Assembly: GCA_964525595.1 (NCBI GenBank)
Contig: CAZGHF010000004.1
Coordinates: forward strand, 1 to 39,326
DNA length: 39,326 nucleotides
Direction: 5' to 3'
Origin: an uncultured Candidatus Saccharibacteria bacterium
Lineage (GTDB): Bacteria > Patescibacteriota > Minisyncoccia > UBA6257 > GWB1-50-10
The position numbers and the translations under genes were made by a program. Shown here in pieces: positions 19,701-26,855 of the stretch. Under the pieces are notes generated by a model. That model saw only the letters and a program-made list of their open reading frames with translations. It had not been told where the DNA came from and did no database searches. Position 1 is the first letter of the stretch; each line of letters starts with the position of its first letter.

Positions 19701-20205
19701 CCTTATCTCTCTTCCTGTAGTGCCTAATGTTATGAATATAAGTACGGTTCTAGGGGATGCTGAAAGTGATATTCAGGTGGTATGGGCATATGATCCAACA
19801 CACCCTAACGCAGACCCAGATACAGGGTGGTTGGTATATACCCCAGGTAATCCTGAAGGAACCAATAACTTGGATAATATAACTGCTGGTTATGGGTATT
19901 GGATAAGTGTAACCAGTAATACTAATATCAGCGGTTCTGGCAGCTTGCTCTCCGTAGGTCCAATACTTCCACCGTCCAGAAGCCTTTCCGCAGGGTGGAA
20001 TCTAGTGGGTTATTACCAGATTCCCGGAGAAGCCGAAAGTAACTCTGCTAAAGCATTTTCTAGCTTAGGTGACTCTTACACCAGTTTGTGGGGGTTCAAT
20101 AACTCTACAGGGCAATTTAAGTCAACAGTGGATCCGATATTACCGGGTGATGCTTTCTGGGTTTCACTTCCGAGCGTGAAGGTGTACACCCCGAGCAATC
20201 TCTAA
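13774..20205 (+). CDS. Giant secreted/surface adhesin-like protein (YDG/MBG-type repeats, two beta-helix modules, Ig-like domains)
   Basis: Signal peptide (..NLALAA), repeated KxYDG..A..D.NVG.GK.V...G.D..NY units, two VYVD..GYDAF..IQE..V.AGTY.E beta-helix starts, D..APTV Ig repeats, C-terminal GWNLISLP/GYWI/GWNLVG domain. Confidence 0.85.
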   Translation: MNYQNKTLKISSFSSSKVIRTSSLVFIAAALIVGGFFAPNLALAAATVTPAGGGTNISIDTTSVGATPSFTLLSGPTITETAPGDISAGTHTITLPAGWKFDTSQVVKVNGGAFIPTTQDAVITDTTLSFTITGISSSPGVLSFISDLSGNSIKVMPTGTESGISGDMTHSGAVIAGVTDGSTPFGTLSTVAGTVTQLAFTEQPVNTEYGSVLSPSLVVETQDQFGNHSTSGLGENLDVTLAVTLGDGVLQGTATIDIGANGGVAIYTDLYVDTVGAGKQLTASATGLTSAVSNSFEVTQKTLTATVTADDKIYNGDNIAIVTATDISDGLVYGDVVTADIGISATFSDENAGTGKTVTAAGIILSGDKKINYSFSGEGTGTADINPLPIIVTPTAGQTKIYGNDDLTFTYDFAPDLIGADTFISVLGRVVGENVGTYAYTLGDLSAGGNYTLALVPETFEITARTLNVTATGVDKVYDANTTAEVILLDDRVDGDNVTLGYTAAFTDEDVGNGKSVSISNISITGGVDGGNYSLGSVPTNTTADITAKELTVDNSIVTSKTYDGTKVAVITGATLVGVIGDDTVEIATHEFGTFDTKNVGTNKSVAMAITITGADGGNYTVTQPILTGNIAKKEVTLTAIANEKIYDGGMMAVATPELTGELAPDDNGVYIETYGDKNVGTSKTLTPAVVSIVDDASADMTGNYNVTLTSADLGTITHALLTATVTVENKVVDGSDSATITGRTLISVVSGDDVTAEGGTAIFAGVTVGTHDVSAAGITITGADASNYSYDGPAAGTGNILPVPTVVYVDGSWAGTTAWEDPDGAGPATYYGYDAFADIQEAIGAVEVSGTVNVAAGTYVESLTVDKTLSIIGVGDTAILAPVQDSDGIAIAANNVLIQDLKIVTSSSGADSNMAIKIEGTDSVTISGTIIETTGNKALGIWIGTSASTNLNIVDNIITINGKSTGIYTGNVNPAHSTWTISGNTISAPNAGVNLELYDVNNVTVSGNTFGVSGSVSLTYSSEISDVSGLVLQNNIFNGNGDIAGVTPTVWIESGFTAGDGLTTVSGITITGNTFNDWVNTAIKIGEVDSSSPYSKVSGVTINQNKFLKTNPASILESYISESVNAENNYWGTAVLATIDTKTTGMIDHDPYWVNVGKTILSSTAVDAVYVDDNYSDGNSGLHYFGYDAFATIQEGVDAVATAGTITVTAGTYDEQVLIDKSLTLQGAGDTTIIQPPAVELTVTSNIPWIGGGSSTMSTIVSVETTGGTVTVKNLKIDGSLIPSKSTTWLAGLVYLETSGTIDSVTVIGNPDMADRTAGIFAAATTNPVTLEVTGCTVEVYTRAGIYALGGTMTADYHHNEINGPGDSSAGVPNGMFFLEGAKGSATYNTVTDLSYTGDPIYKSTGIGTYNAGTGIVFSNNEIFYVQNAFALSTGTSGTTVEYNDVHDSHTGVKLEAGVTNSIIQYNDIYDNDFAIRGDDDMGDGNVVHFNNFTGNMGAEEIVSGSTYIGAISNIHATYILNTTNNWWGHQDGPQHFTNPGADESADSVSDNVLFRPWCTESTCTVEDNDSPTVEISSIETSPTNASPIPITITFSENVTDLIADEIIVTNGSKGSLVGSGSDYSIDVTPVGDEEVAVNVAGSVAWDLAGNYNIAATTEFSITFDSAVPELTSVSIASNNFDTTLAMVGDVVTLLFTSDEAIDTPIVTIAENSTVVSGGPTDWTATYTMAGGDTEGLVAFAIDFADLAGNNGATVITVDDASSVTFDKTAPTVTLTSIAGDGYINDSEKAAIHVIGTAEADSTVNVSLTGGATVSGSGTATGGDYDITIDGTTLTDGTITPSVTATDATGNVSTAIVIPVAVKDIVAPTVVSHTPGVNAVNVESGAVTITFSDNMNVDQGDITFGPEATYAIGGNGTNVITLTPDSILDSNTVYTMTVTTTATDEVGNAVVGYDWQFTTATLYDIALNASSGGWNLISLPVVPNVMNISTVLGDAESDIQVVWAYDPTHPNADPDTGWLVYTPGNPEGTNNLDNITAGYGYWISVTSNTNISGSGSLLSVGPILPPSRSLSAGWNLVGYYQIPGEAESNSAKAFSSLGDSYTSLWGFNNSTGQFKSTVDPILPGDAFWVSLPSVKVYTPSNL

Positions 20206-20216
20206 TGGAATATAGA

Positions 20217-20251
20217 GATACAGAAACCCTCACTCGGGGGTTTCTGTGTCT
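20217..20251 (+). terminator. Hairpin terminator after giant protein
   Basis: GATACAGAAACCCTC-ACTC-GGGGGTTTCTGTGTC. Confidence 0.65.
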
Positions 20252-20284
20252 TGACAATCATAATAGATTATGCTATAGGTTAAT

Positions 20285-20905
20285 ATGCTTATGAAATCAG
20301 TTCTGAAAATATTTGCATTATTCATTTCTATCGGCCTATTCCTGCCAGTTTTTGTATTTGCTCAAAGTCCCAGTTTGCCCCACCAATTTTTTGGAGCAGT
20401 AAATTTCAGTGACGGTCTAGCTCCCGATGGGTTCGTTGTAGAAGCAAGTATAAATGGTGTTGTTGTGGGAAATTCGGTAACGGCGGCTGGGAATTATGGT
20501 TACAGCCCAAATTTGCTTTTTGCACTTGATAATCAAGGAGTATATGCTGGGGAAATCGTTGAATTCTACGTCGACAGTATTAAAGCGAATGAAACTGCGA
20601 TTTTTGCGAACGGCAATCCCAGCCAGATTAATCTGACCATACCGGCATTGATACCAACTACTCCAACACCAACTCCGACGCCGAGTGGCGGTGGAGGTGG
20701 CGGTGGCGGTGGAGGAACCCCAACCACTGAAACAATTGCCCAAAAAGTAGATATGGATAATAATAGCAAAGTTGACGTTCTTGATTTCAATACCCTAATG
20801 GTTCATTGGGGGGAAACAGGTTCGAATAATGTCGCTGATATAAACAGCGATGGCGAGGTCGATGTATTTGATTTCAACTTGCTGATGATTAATTGGACAC
20901 TCTAA
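20285..20905 (+). CDS. Secreted protein with C-terminal dockerin-type duplicated Ca-binding repeat
   Basis: Signal peptide, PT and poly-G linker, DMDNNSKVDVLDF..L / ADINSDGEVDVFDF..L. Confidence 0.75.
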   Translation: MLMKSVLKIFALFISIGLFLPVFVFAQSPSLPHQFFGAVNFSDGLAPDGFVVEASINGVVVGNSVTAAGNYGYSPNLLFALDNQGVYAGEIVEFYVDSIKANETAIFANGNPSQINLTIPALIPTTPTPTPTPSGGGGGGGGGGTPTTETIAQKVDMDNNSKVDVLDFNTLMVHWGETGSNNVADINSDGEVDVFDFNLLMINWTL

Positions 20906-20909
20906 TACT

Positions 20910-21674
20910 ATGAAAAAAACTTTACTTACAATTTTACTGGGAGCGTTCGGGGCAACAATTCTTGCCGCGCCGGCACTTGCCGCCACGAGCGTGTCGTTTA
21001 CACCGGTCAATGTGAGCGTGAGCCAAGGACAAACTTTTACTCTTATAATCGGAGTAGACCCCCAGGGAGTGAAAAATTATACCGCAAAAACGGAGCTTCG
21101 CTATCCTGCCGATCTTTTGGAGGTAAAATCATTTACTTTCGCGAACGGTTGGACGTCGCTCTCTCAATCCGGCTATGACCTCACCGATAACACGAACGGA
21201 GTGTTCATAAAAACCGCCGGTTACCCGGGAGGCGTGTCTTCAGCGATTACTTTCGGGACGGTGTCATTTTTCGCAAAGAAAAGCGGCAACGGAATGATTG
21301 CTCTCAATAGCAACTCGTTCGTGCTTGACGCAAACAACCAGAATGTTCTTGCTGACTCATCGGTTCTAACTGCGGTAGCAATATCGGCTCCAGTCCCAAC
21401 TCCAACAACCCCGACGACTCCAACAACTCCAACAACCCCGACGACTCCTGTGGTAGAACCGACAGAAGAGGCGCCAGTTGTTCCAGAACTGATAACCGCT
21501 CCGCAACCGATAGAGTCACAGTCCCTATTAGCCGCGGTCGGCAGTCTCATAACACTCGGTACTGATAACACCTTCGTTGGCGTATTGGTTAGCGTGATAA
21601 TCCTTGCTCTTATCGGGTATGGAATCTACACCGTCATCTGGAGGACGCGCCGCAAGAATTTGGAAGAGTTGTGA
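20910..21674 (+). CDS. Cohesin-domain protein with PT linker and C-terminal membrane anchor
   Basis: Signal peptide, VSVSQGQTFTLIIGVD..ELRYPADLLEV..FGTVSF cohesin-like strands, (PTT)n linker, TM + RTRRK tail. Confidence 0.7.
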   Translation: MKKTLLTILLGAFGATILAAPALAATSVSFTPVNVSVSQGQTFTLIIGVDPQGVKNYTAKTELRYPADLLEVKSFTFANGWTSLSQSGYDLTDNTNGVFIKTAGYPGGVSSAITFGTVSFFAKKSGNGMIALNSNSFVLDANNQNVLADSSVLTAVAISAPVPTPTTPTTPTTPTTPTTPVVEPTEEAPVVPELITAPQPIESQSLLAAVGSLITLGTDNTFVGVLVSVIILALIGYGIYTVIWRTRRKNLEEL

Positions 21675-21830
21675 TAAATTGATTCTCTTTTTTGAGTAAT
21701 ACAAAGCCCGATCCGAGCATCGGGTTTTTGTATGATTACATCGTCGCTGAAAAATTCTTAAGCCCAAACGAGGGTGGTTCAGCAGGCGGATGGTTGGTGG
21801 ATGGTTTTTGATTTATGCTTAGAAAACATT

Positions 21831-21879
21831 AACCCACCCCTCCTTCGCCAAGGCTACGGGCGGGTAAATCTTTACGTAA
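21831..21879 (+). repeat. 49-bp inverted repeat, right arm (contains REP-like element)
   Basis: AACCCACCCCTCCTTCGCCAAGGCTACGGGCGGGTAAATCTTTACGTAA. Confidence 0.9.
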
Positions 21880-21886
21880 GCCCTAG

Positions 21887-21912
21887 AGGTGGTCTACTTA
21901 AGTAGACCACCT
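21887..21912. promoter_or_regulatory. 26-bp perfect palindrome upstream of the AbrB-like gene (operator candidate)
   Basis: AGGTGGTCTACTTAAGTAGACCACCT is its own reverse complement. Confidence 0.5.
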
Positions 21913-21942
21913 GGGGGGTTGGTGATTAAATCAAGTAATTTT

Positions 21943-22173
21943 ATGGCGAGAAGAAAGACAACTGAACAAAATGTGAGGAAAATTACCAAGCTCGGCGGGC
22001 ATAGTTTGGCGGTTACGATTCCCATCGAAATGGTCCGCAAACTGAAATGGAGGGAGCGTCAAAAAGTTGTGGTGAAATTGAGAGGTAAGAAATTAACAGT
22101 GGAGGATTGGCCCGTTCGACAAGCTCAGGGTAAACCTGCCTCGCCGAAGCGCAGCAAAGGCGGGGAGAAGTAA
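21943..22173 (+). CDS. AbrB/MazE/SpoVT-family DNA-binding protein
   Basis: VRKITKLGGHSLAVTIPIEMVRKLKWRERQKVVV..LTVEDW. Confidence 0.85.
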   Translation: MARRKTTEQNVRKITKLGGHSLAVTIPIEMVRKLKWRERQKVVVKLRGKKLTVEDWPVRQAQGKPASPKRSKGGEK

Positions 22174-22214
22174 AATTATTGATGCTTCCACACTAAATTG
22201 CTACTCTATAGATT

Positions 22215-23474
22215 ATGAGTGACAGCGAACAAAAAATTAAATGTCCAAAATGCGGAGAATTAATTTCCCCTGATGAAGTTTTAACGCGTCAAATTGGAGA
22301 AGAAATAAGAAAAGAAATTGAAGGTGAGCAAAAAGTAAAAGAAGCAGAGATTGCTAAAAAGCAAAAAGAGTTGGAGGCACAGACAATTCAATTAGAAGAA
22401 GTAAAGAAAAATACACAGATCGAAGTTGATAAAAAAGTTGCGGAAAAACTCGCGGCAGAAAAAACTGCATTATGGAAACAAGCACAGATAGAGGCTGGTA
22501 AGGAAAAAGAGGCGGAAAAGAAAATGCTTGAAGAGCGACTTGCGGAAAAAGACGCTAAATTACGAGAAGCAAACGAAAAAGAGTTACTTTTGCGTAAAGA
22601 AAGAAATAAACTAGACGAAGAAAAACGAAGTTTCGAGTTAGAAAAGCAAAGGCAGTTAGATGAGGAAAGAAAAAAGATTACAGAGGATGCAAATAAAAAA
22701 GCTACAGAAGAACAGCGATACATAATTGCTCAACTTCAGAAAAAACTCGCCGATGCGACTAAGGCCAAAGATGATTTATCGCGGAAACTGGAACAGGGTT
22801 CGCAACAAACACAGGGTGAAGTTTTAGAGTTAGAGCTAGAGGAAATTTTGAAAGTTGAATTTCCTCACGACGAGATTGTGCCTGTGCCTAAGGGTATAAG
22901 TGGAGCCGATGTTATTCAGAAGGTAAAAGATCATTCCGGTCGAGTGTGTGGACAAATTGCATGGGAATATAAAAACACTAAAGCATGGAGTGAAGGCTGG
23001 ATACAGAAATTAAAAGATGATCAGCGAACGATCAAAGCAGATTTAGCTGTGATTGCTTCTGCGGTCTTGCCGGAAAATGTAAAAGGATTTGTATTCCGCG
23101 ATGGTGTGTGGATTTGTGATATTAAATTGATAGTAGCGCTGGCTATAGCCTTGCGTATGAATTTATTAAACGTTAGCCGTGAACGTGCTATGTCAGTTGG
23201 AAAAAACGAAAAGATGGAAGTTCTCTACTCTTATTTAACGGGTGTGGAATTTAAACAGCGGGTGGAAGCAATTGTGGAAGCATTTACTAATATGGATGTG
23301 GGTTTGAAAAAAGAAAGATTAGCGTACGAAAAGATTTGGTCTGAGCGAGAAAAGCAAATTAAAAAAGTTATTACAAACACTGCTGGCATGTACGGTGATT
23401 TAAGCGGACTAGTCGCTTTGCCGCAGATAAAAACATTGGAGTTGCCAGAGAATAAAGATAGCAACGAAAAATAA
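22215..23474 (+). CDS. DUF2130-family coiled-coil protein (RmuC-related)
   Basis: IKCPKCG, coiled coil, GSQQTQGEVLELELEEIL..FP.D.I.PVPKG..GAD, EYKNTKAWSEGWIQKLKDDQR. Confidence 0.85.
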   Translation: MSDSEQKIKCPKCGELISPDEVLTRQIGEEIRKEIEGEQKVKEAEIAKKQKELEAQTIQLEEVKKNTQIEVDKKVAEKLAAEKTALWKQAQIEAGKEKEAEKKMLEERLAEKDAKLREANEKELLLRKERNKLDEEKRSFELEKQRQLDEERKKITEDANKKATEEQRYIIAQLQKKLADATKAKDDLSRKLEQGSQQTQGEVLELELEEILKVEFPHDEIVPVPKGISGADVIQKVKDHSGRVCGQIAWEYKNTKAWSEGWIQKLKDDQRTIKADLAVIASAVLPENVKGFVFRDGVWICDIKLIVALAIALRMNLLNVSRERAMSVGKNEKMEVLYSYLTGVEFKQRVEAIVEAFTNMDVGLKKERLAYEKIWSEREKQIKKVITNTAGMYGDLSGLVALPQIKTLELPENKDSNEK

Positions 23475-23492
23475 TTAAACACCTTAAATAAT

Positions 23493-24656
23493 ATGATAGA
23501 GAAGATAAAAATTACAAAAAAGAATAAAACTATTAGGAAAGATTTTGAATTGCCCTTAACGCAAATGACAGTCATCACCGGAGAAAATAATTCTGGGAAG
23601 ACTAATTTTATTGAAGCTGTTGTCAAAAAAGATAAAGAAACCGAAAAATTTACATCGGAATTTCTTACAAGAGAGGGTAATCCTATTATTCCAGAAATAG
23701 TCTATATATCGGATAAAAATATAAGTCCATCTGATGATGAGTTAAGTAGCTCCAAGCAAACATCGTCATTAGTTAGTAACCTGTCGAAATTGTTCTCTAA
23801 TATAGGGATAGAATTCGAGTTGACAAAAAAAGATGAGATTTCCAAGGTAATAAAAGACTTAATTATAAAGACGAATGATAATCTTGAGAATCTCACAGGA
23901 AAGGAAACGCATACAATTGAATTAGACCCAGTAGAGAAAATTGATTCCAAAATTGTAGTCCAGAAATTGATTGGCGATATTTTCGTATTTGAGAACGGGA
24001 GCGAGAATAAAAGGAAATTATCTGAGTTAGGGCAGGGAACACAGAGAGTAATTGTTGTCTCTGTGCTAAAAGCATATGCAGATATCCTAGTTGAGAAAGA
24101 GATTGTTCCTAAAGAACAAGTACTTATTGTCTTTGAAGAACCAGAAATTTATTTACACCCTAGACTAAAGAGAGTGCTTAATGCGACACTATGGAAAATT
24201 GCCGAGCAAGAAAAACACCAAGTTATCGTAACAACCCACGATCCATATTTTGCATTTCTAAACTTTGAAGGAAAGGGAAAAAGTATTTTTTCTTTCGAAA
24301 AAAAGAATGGTATTACCGTGATATCAGACAAAGACGTAGTTTATGGTATAGAGGACGAATTGCTGTTTATATTTTTATATAGTTTCTTACTAAAAGAAGG
24401 GAAAGATTTATCTACAACAATGATAGGAGGATTTGAAAGAAGAAAGTATTTTAGAAATGATGAAAACGGTGATAAGAAAGAAGAAGATCATAACGATTTA
24501 ACGTATATCAGACATCAAATACATCATCTCGGTGATAACCCTTATACCGTAGGATTAGTTTCCGAAAAACCAGAAGATTGCAACGATAAAAATTATTATA
24601 CAGAAAAAGAATTAACAGATGCTATAAAAAAAATGAGTGAGATGTTGGGTGTGTAA
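23493..24656 (+). CDS. ABC-type (OLD/AAA_15-like) ATPase with possible C-terminal HEPN motif
   Basis: Walker A GENNSGKT, signature LGQGTQR, Walker B VFEEPEIYLHP, H-loop TTHDP; C-terminal YIRHQIHH (Rx4H). Confidence 0.75.
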   Translation: MIEKIKITKKNKTIRKDFELPLTQMTVITGENNSGKTNFIEAVVKKDKETEKFTSEFLTREGNPIIPEIVYISDKNISPSDDELSSSKQTSSLVSNLSKLFSNIGIEFELTKKDEISKVIKDLIIKTNDNLENLTGKETHTIELDPVEKIDSKIVVQKLIGDIFVFENGSENKRKLSELGQGTQRVIVVSVLKAYADILVEKEIVPKEQVLIVFEEPEIYLHPRLKRVLNATLWKIAEQEKHQVIVTTHDPYFAFLNFEGKGKSIFSFEKKNGITVISDKDVVYGIEDELLFIFLYSFLLKEGKDLSTTMIGGFERRKYFRNDENGDKKEEDHNDLTYIRHQIHHLGDNPYTVGLVSEKPEDCNDKNYYTEKELTDAIKKMSEMLGV

Positions 24657-24745
24657 ATGTACGGAAATAATATCTGAATTATATAACCTTCATTTTATCT
24701 CTTCCCTTTTCACCGACAAACTAGGAGAACTGGTAAAACTAAGCA

Positions 24746-25459
24746 ATGGATAAGCTCATTTTCCTAGACACAGAGACGACCGGCAATGACGTATTAAAGG
24801 ATCGCCTGTGTCAAGTTTGTTACAAAACTTCTGATGGAATTTACAGCGGTTATTTTAAGCCGCCAATCCCGGTATCAGTGAAGTCAATGAGTATCACTAA
24901 TATCACTAATAAAATGCTTCAAGATAAAGAGGCGTTTGGGGACAGCGAGATGAAAAAAGATCTCGAAAGCCGATTGGTTAATGGAATATTGGTAGCTCAT
25001 AATGCAAAATTTGATTGCGCAATACTGGAAGCTGAGGGAATATCCGTACCTCAGCGCATTTGCACTTTACGGGTAGCAAGGCATTTGGATCCTAGTAATC
25101 TTATTCCGGAATACGGATTGCAGTATCTCCGTTATTATTTAGATCTTGAAATCGGAGACACTATCGCCCATAGTGCCGAAGGCGATGTGAAAGTGCTTTG
25201 CGCCCTTTTTGATAGATTATTAGCTAAAATGGGAAAGAGAGGGTTATCGGAAGAAAAGATAATTGCCGAGATGATTGATGTTTCCAGCAGGCCGTCATTA
25301 TTTAAATTATTTAATTTTGGTAAATATAGAGATAAAAAAGTTGAGGAGGTGGTAAAAGCCGACAGGAACTATTTGGAGTGGCTGCTTGATAGAAAAATAG
25401 AAGAGGGCAGTCAAGATGAAGATTGGATTTATACTCTTGAACACTATTTAAAAAATTAG
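24746..25459 (+). CDS. DEDDh 3'-5' exonuclease (DnaQ/ExoX-like)
   Basis: FLDTETTG, VAHNAKFD, AHSAEGD, C-terminal FNFGKY..YLEW. Confidence 0.9.
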   Translation: MDKLIFLDTETTGNDVLKDRLCQVCYKTSDGIYSGYFKPPIPVSVKSMSITNITNKMLQDKEAFGDSEMKKDLESRLVNGILVAHNAKFDCAILEAEGISVPQRICTLRVARHLDPSNLIPEYGLQYLRYYLDLEIGDTIAHSAEGDVKVLCALFDRLLAKMGKRGLSEEKIIAEMIDVSSRPSLFKLFNFGKYRDKKVEEVVKADRNYLEWLLDRKIEEGSQDEDWIYTLEHYLKN

Positions 25460-25471
25460 AAAGGTAGATTT

Positions 25472-26803
25472 ATGACCCAAAAACAGGCATTAGATATTTT
25501 AAAAATGGGGCATAACGTGTTTTTAACTGGTCCGCCGGGGAGTGGAAAGACTTATCTTTTAAATCAATACATTAATTATTTAAGAAAGAATAGAGTTGCT
25601 GTTGCTGTTACCGCTTCGACGGGCGTTGCTTCTACCCACTTAGACGGCAGAACTATACATTCTTGGTCAGGGATAGGTATTAAAAAAGGAAGTCTTTCTA
25701 AAAAAGATTTGAGAGAAGTCTTATCAAGACCTCGCGTTATAGGTAGGGTAAATCAATCCATAGTCCTTATAATAGACGAGATATCCATGTTGCATGCCTA
25801 TCAACTTGATATGGTTGATAGAATTTGTCGTGAATGTAAGCAAGATGCTCAACCATTTGGGGGAATTCAGGTTATATGCTCCGGTGATTTCTTTCAATTA
25901 CCTCCCATAGAGAGGAGAAAGGATAGAAAACCAAAATTTGTAACGGATTCCTATGTATGGCCAAATGCCGATATTAAAGTTTGTTATCTTGGAGAGCAAC
26001 ACCGTCATGCCGCCGATGAAAAGTTCACCCGTGTTTTAGATAATATTCGTGGGAGAACCGTAGAAGAAAACATAATCAGAGCATTGCTTAGTAGAAAAAA
26101 TAAGGAAATTAACTCTAAGATCAGACCTACTAAGCTTTATACACATAATGAAGACGTTGATGCTATTAACCAATTAGAACTTGATAGACTTACCGGAGAA
26201 GAGCATCAATATCTTATGAGAAGCGAAGGAGAAAAACATCTTGTCAAAATTCTAAAAAAAGATTGTCTGGCTCCGGAAGTTTTGACTTTAAAAAAGGGGG
26301 CTGAAGTTATGTTTTTGAAAAATAATTTTGAAAAAGGTTATGTGAATGGGACTCGTGGTAGGGTGATTGGATTTGACGATGATGATTATCCGATAGTAGA
26401 AAAATTTGACGGAAAAAAAATTATTGTTACACCGGCAAGCTGGGCTATCGAAGAGAACGACATTGTCTTAGCTCGCATTTTTCAAACTCCACTTCGTCTT
26501 GCGTGGGCTATTACCGTCCACAAAAGTCAAGGAATGACTTTGGATACTGCTGAAATTGATTTAAGCAAGGCCTTTGAGAGAGGGATGGGATATGTTGCTC
26601 TGTCTAGGGTTAGGGGCTTGGATGGTTTAAGGCTTCAAGGTTTTAATGAAACTGCTTTAGAGGTTAGCGATAAAGCGGTAGAATTAGATAATGAATTTCT
26701 ATCTTCTTCTGAAAATAGCGAACGATTTCTGGCAGATATAAGCGCTGCAAAGAAGAAAAAACTACAGCGGGATTTTGTGGAAAGAAATAAAAAAACACGA
26801 TAA
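25472..26803 (+). CDS. PIF1-like SF1B DNA helicase
   Basis: NVFLTGPPGSGKT, TASTG, TIHSWSG, IIDEISM, GDFFQLPP, NGTRG, PLRLAWAITVHKSQG, YVALSR. Confidence 0.92.
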   Translation: MTQKQALDILKMGHNVFLTGPPGSGKTYLLNQYINYLRKNRVAVAVTASTGVASTHLDGRTIHSWSGIGIKKGSLSKKDLREVLSRPRVIGRVNQSIVLIIDEISMLHAYQLDMVDRICRECKQDAQPFGGIQVICSGDFFQLPPIERRKDRKPKFVTDSYVWPNADIKVCYLGEQHRHAADEKFTRVLDNIRGRTVEENIIRALLSRKNKEINSKIRPTKLYTHNEDVDAINQLELDRLTGEEHQYLMRSEGEKHLVKILKKDCLAPEVLTLKKGAEVMFLKNNFEKGYVNGTRGRVIGFDDDDYPIVEKFDGKKIIVTPASWAIEENDIVLARIFQTPLRLAWAITVHKSQGMTLDTAEIDLSKAFERGMGYVALSRVRGLDGLRLQGFNETALEVSDKAVELDNEFLSSSENSERFLADISAAKKKKLQRDFVERNKKTR

Positions 26804-26855
26804 AGATTTTAGAGGTGAACTCAAAAAGTCGGAGAAATGATTGAGGAGTGAAAAT

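Noticed and set aside
13774-20205. Diversity-generating retroelement target in the giant protein
   Set aside because: No reverse transcriptase and no TR/VR pair differing at adenines noticed; internal repeats are diverged protein domains.
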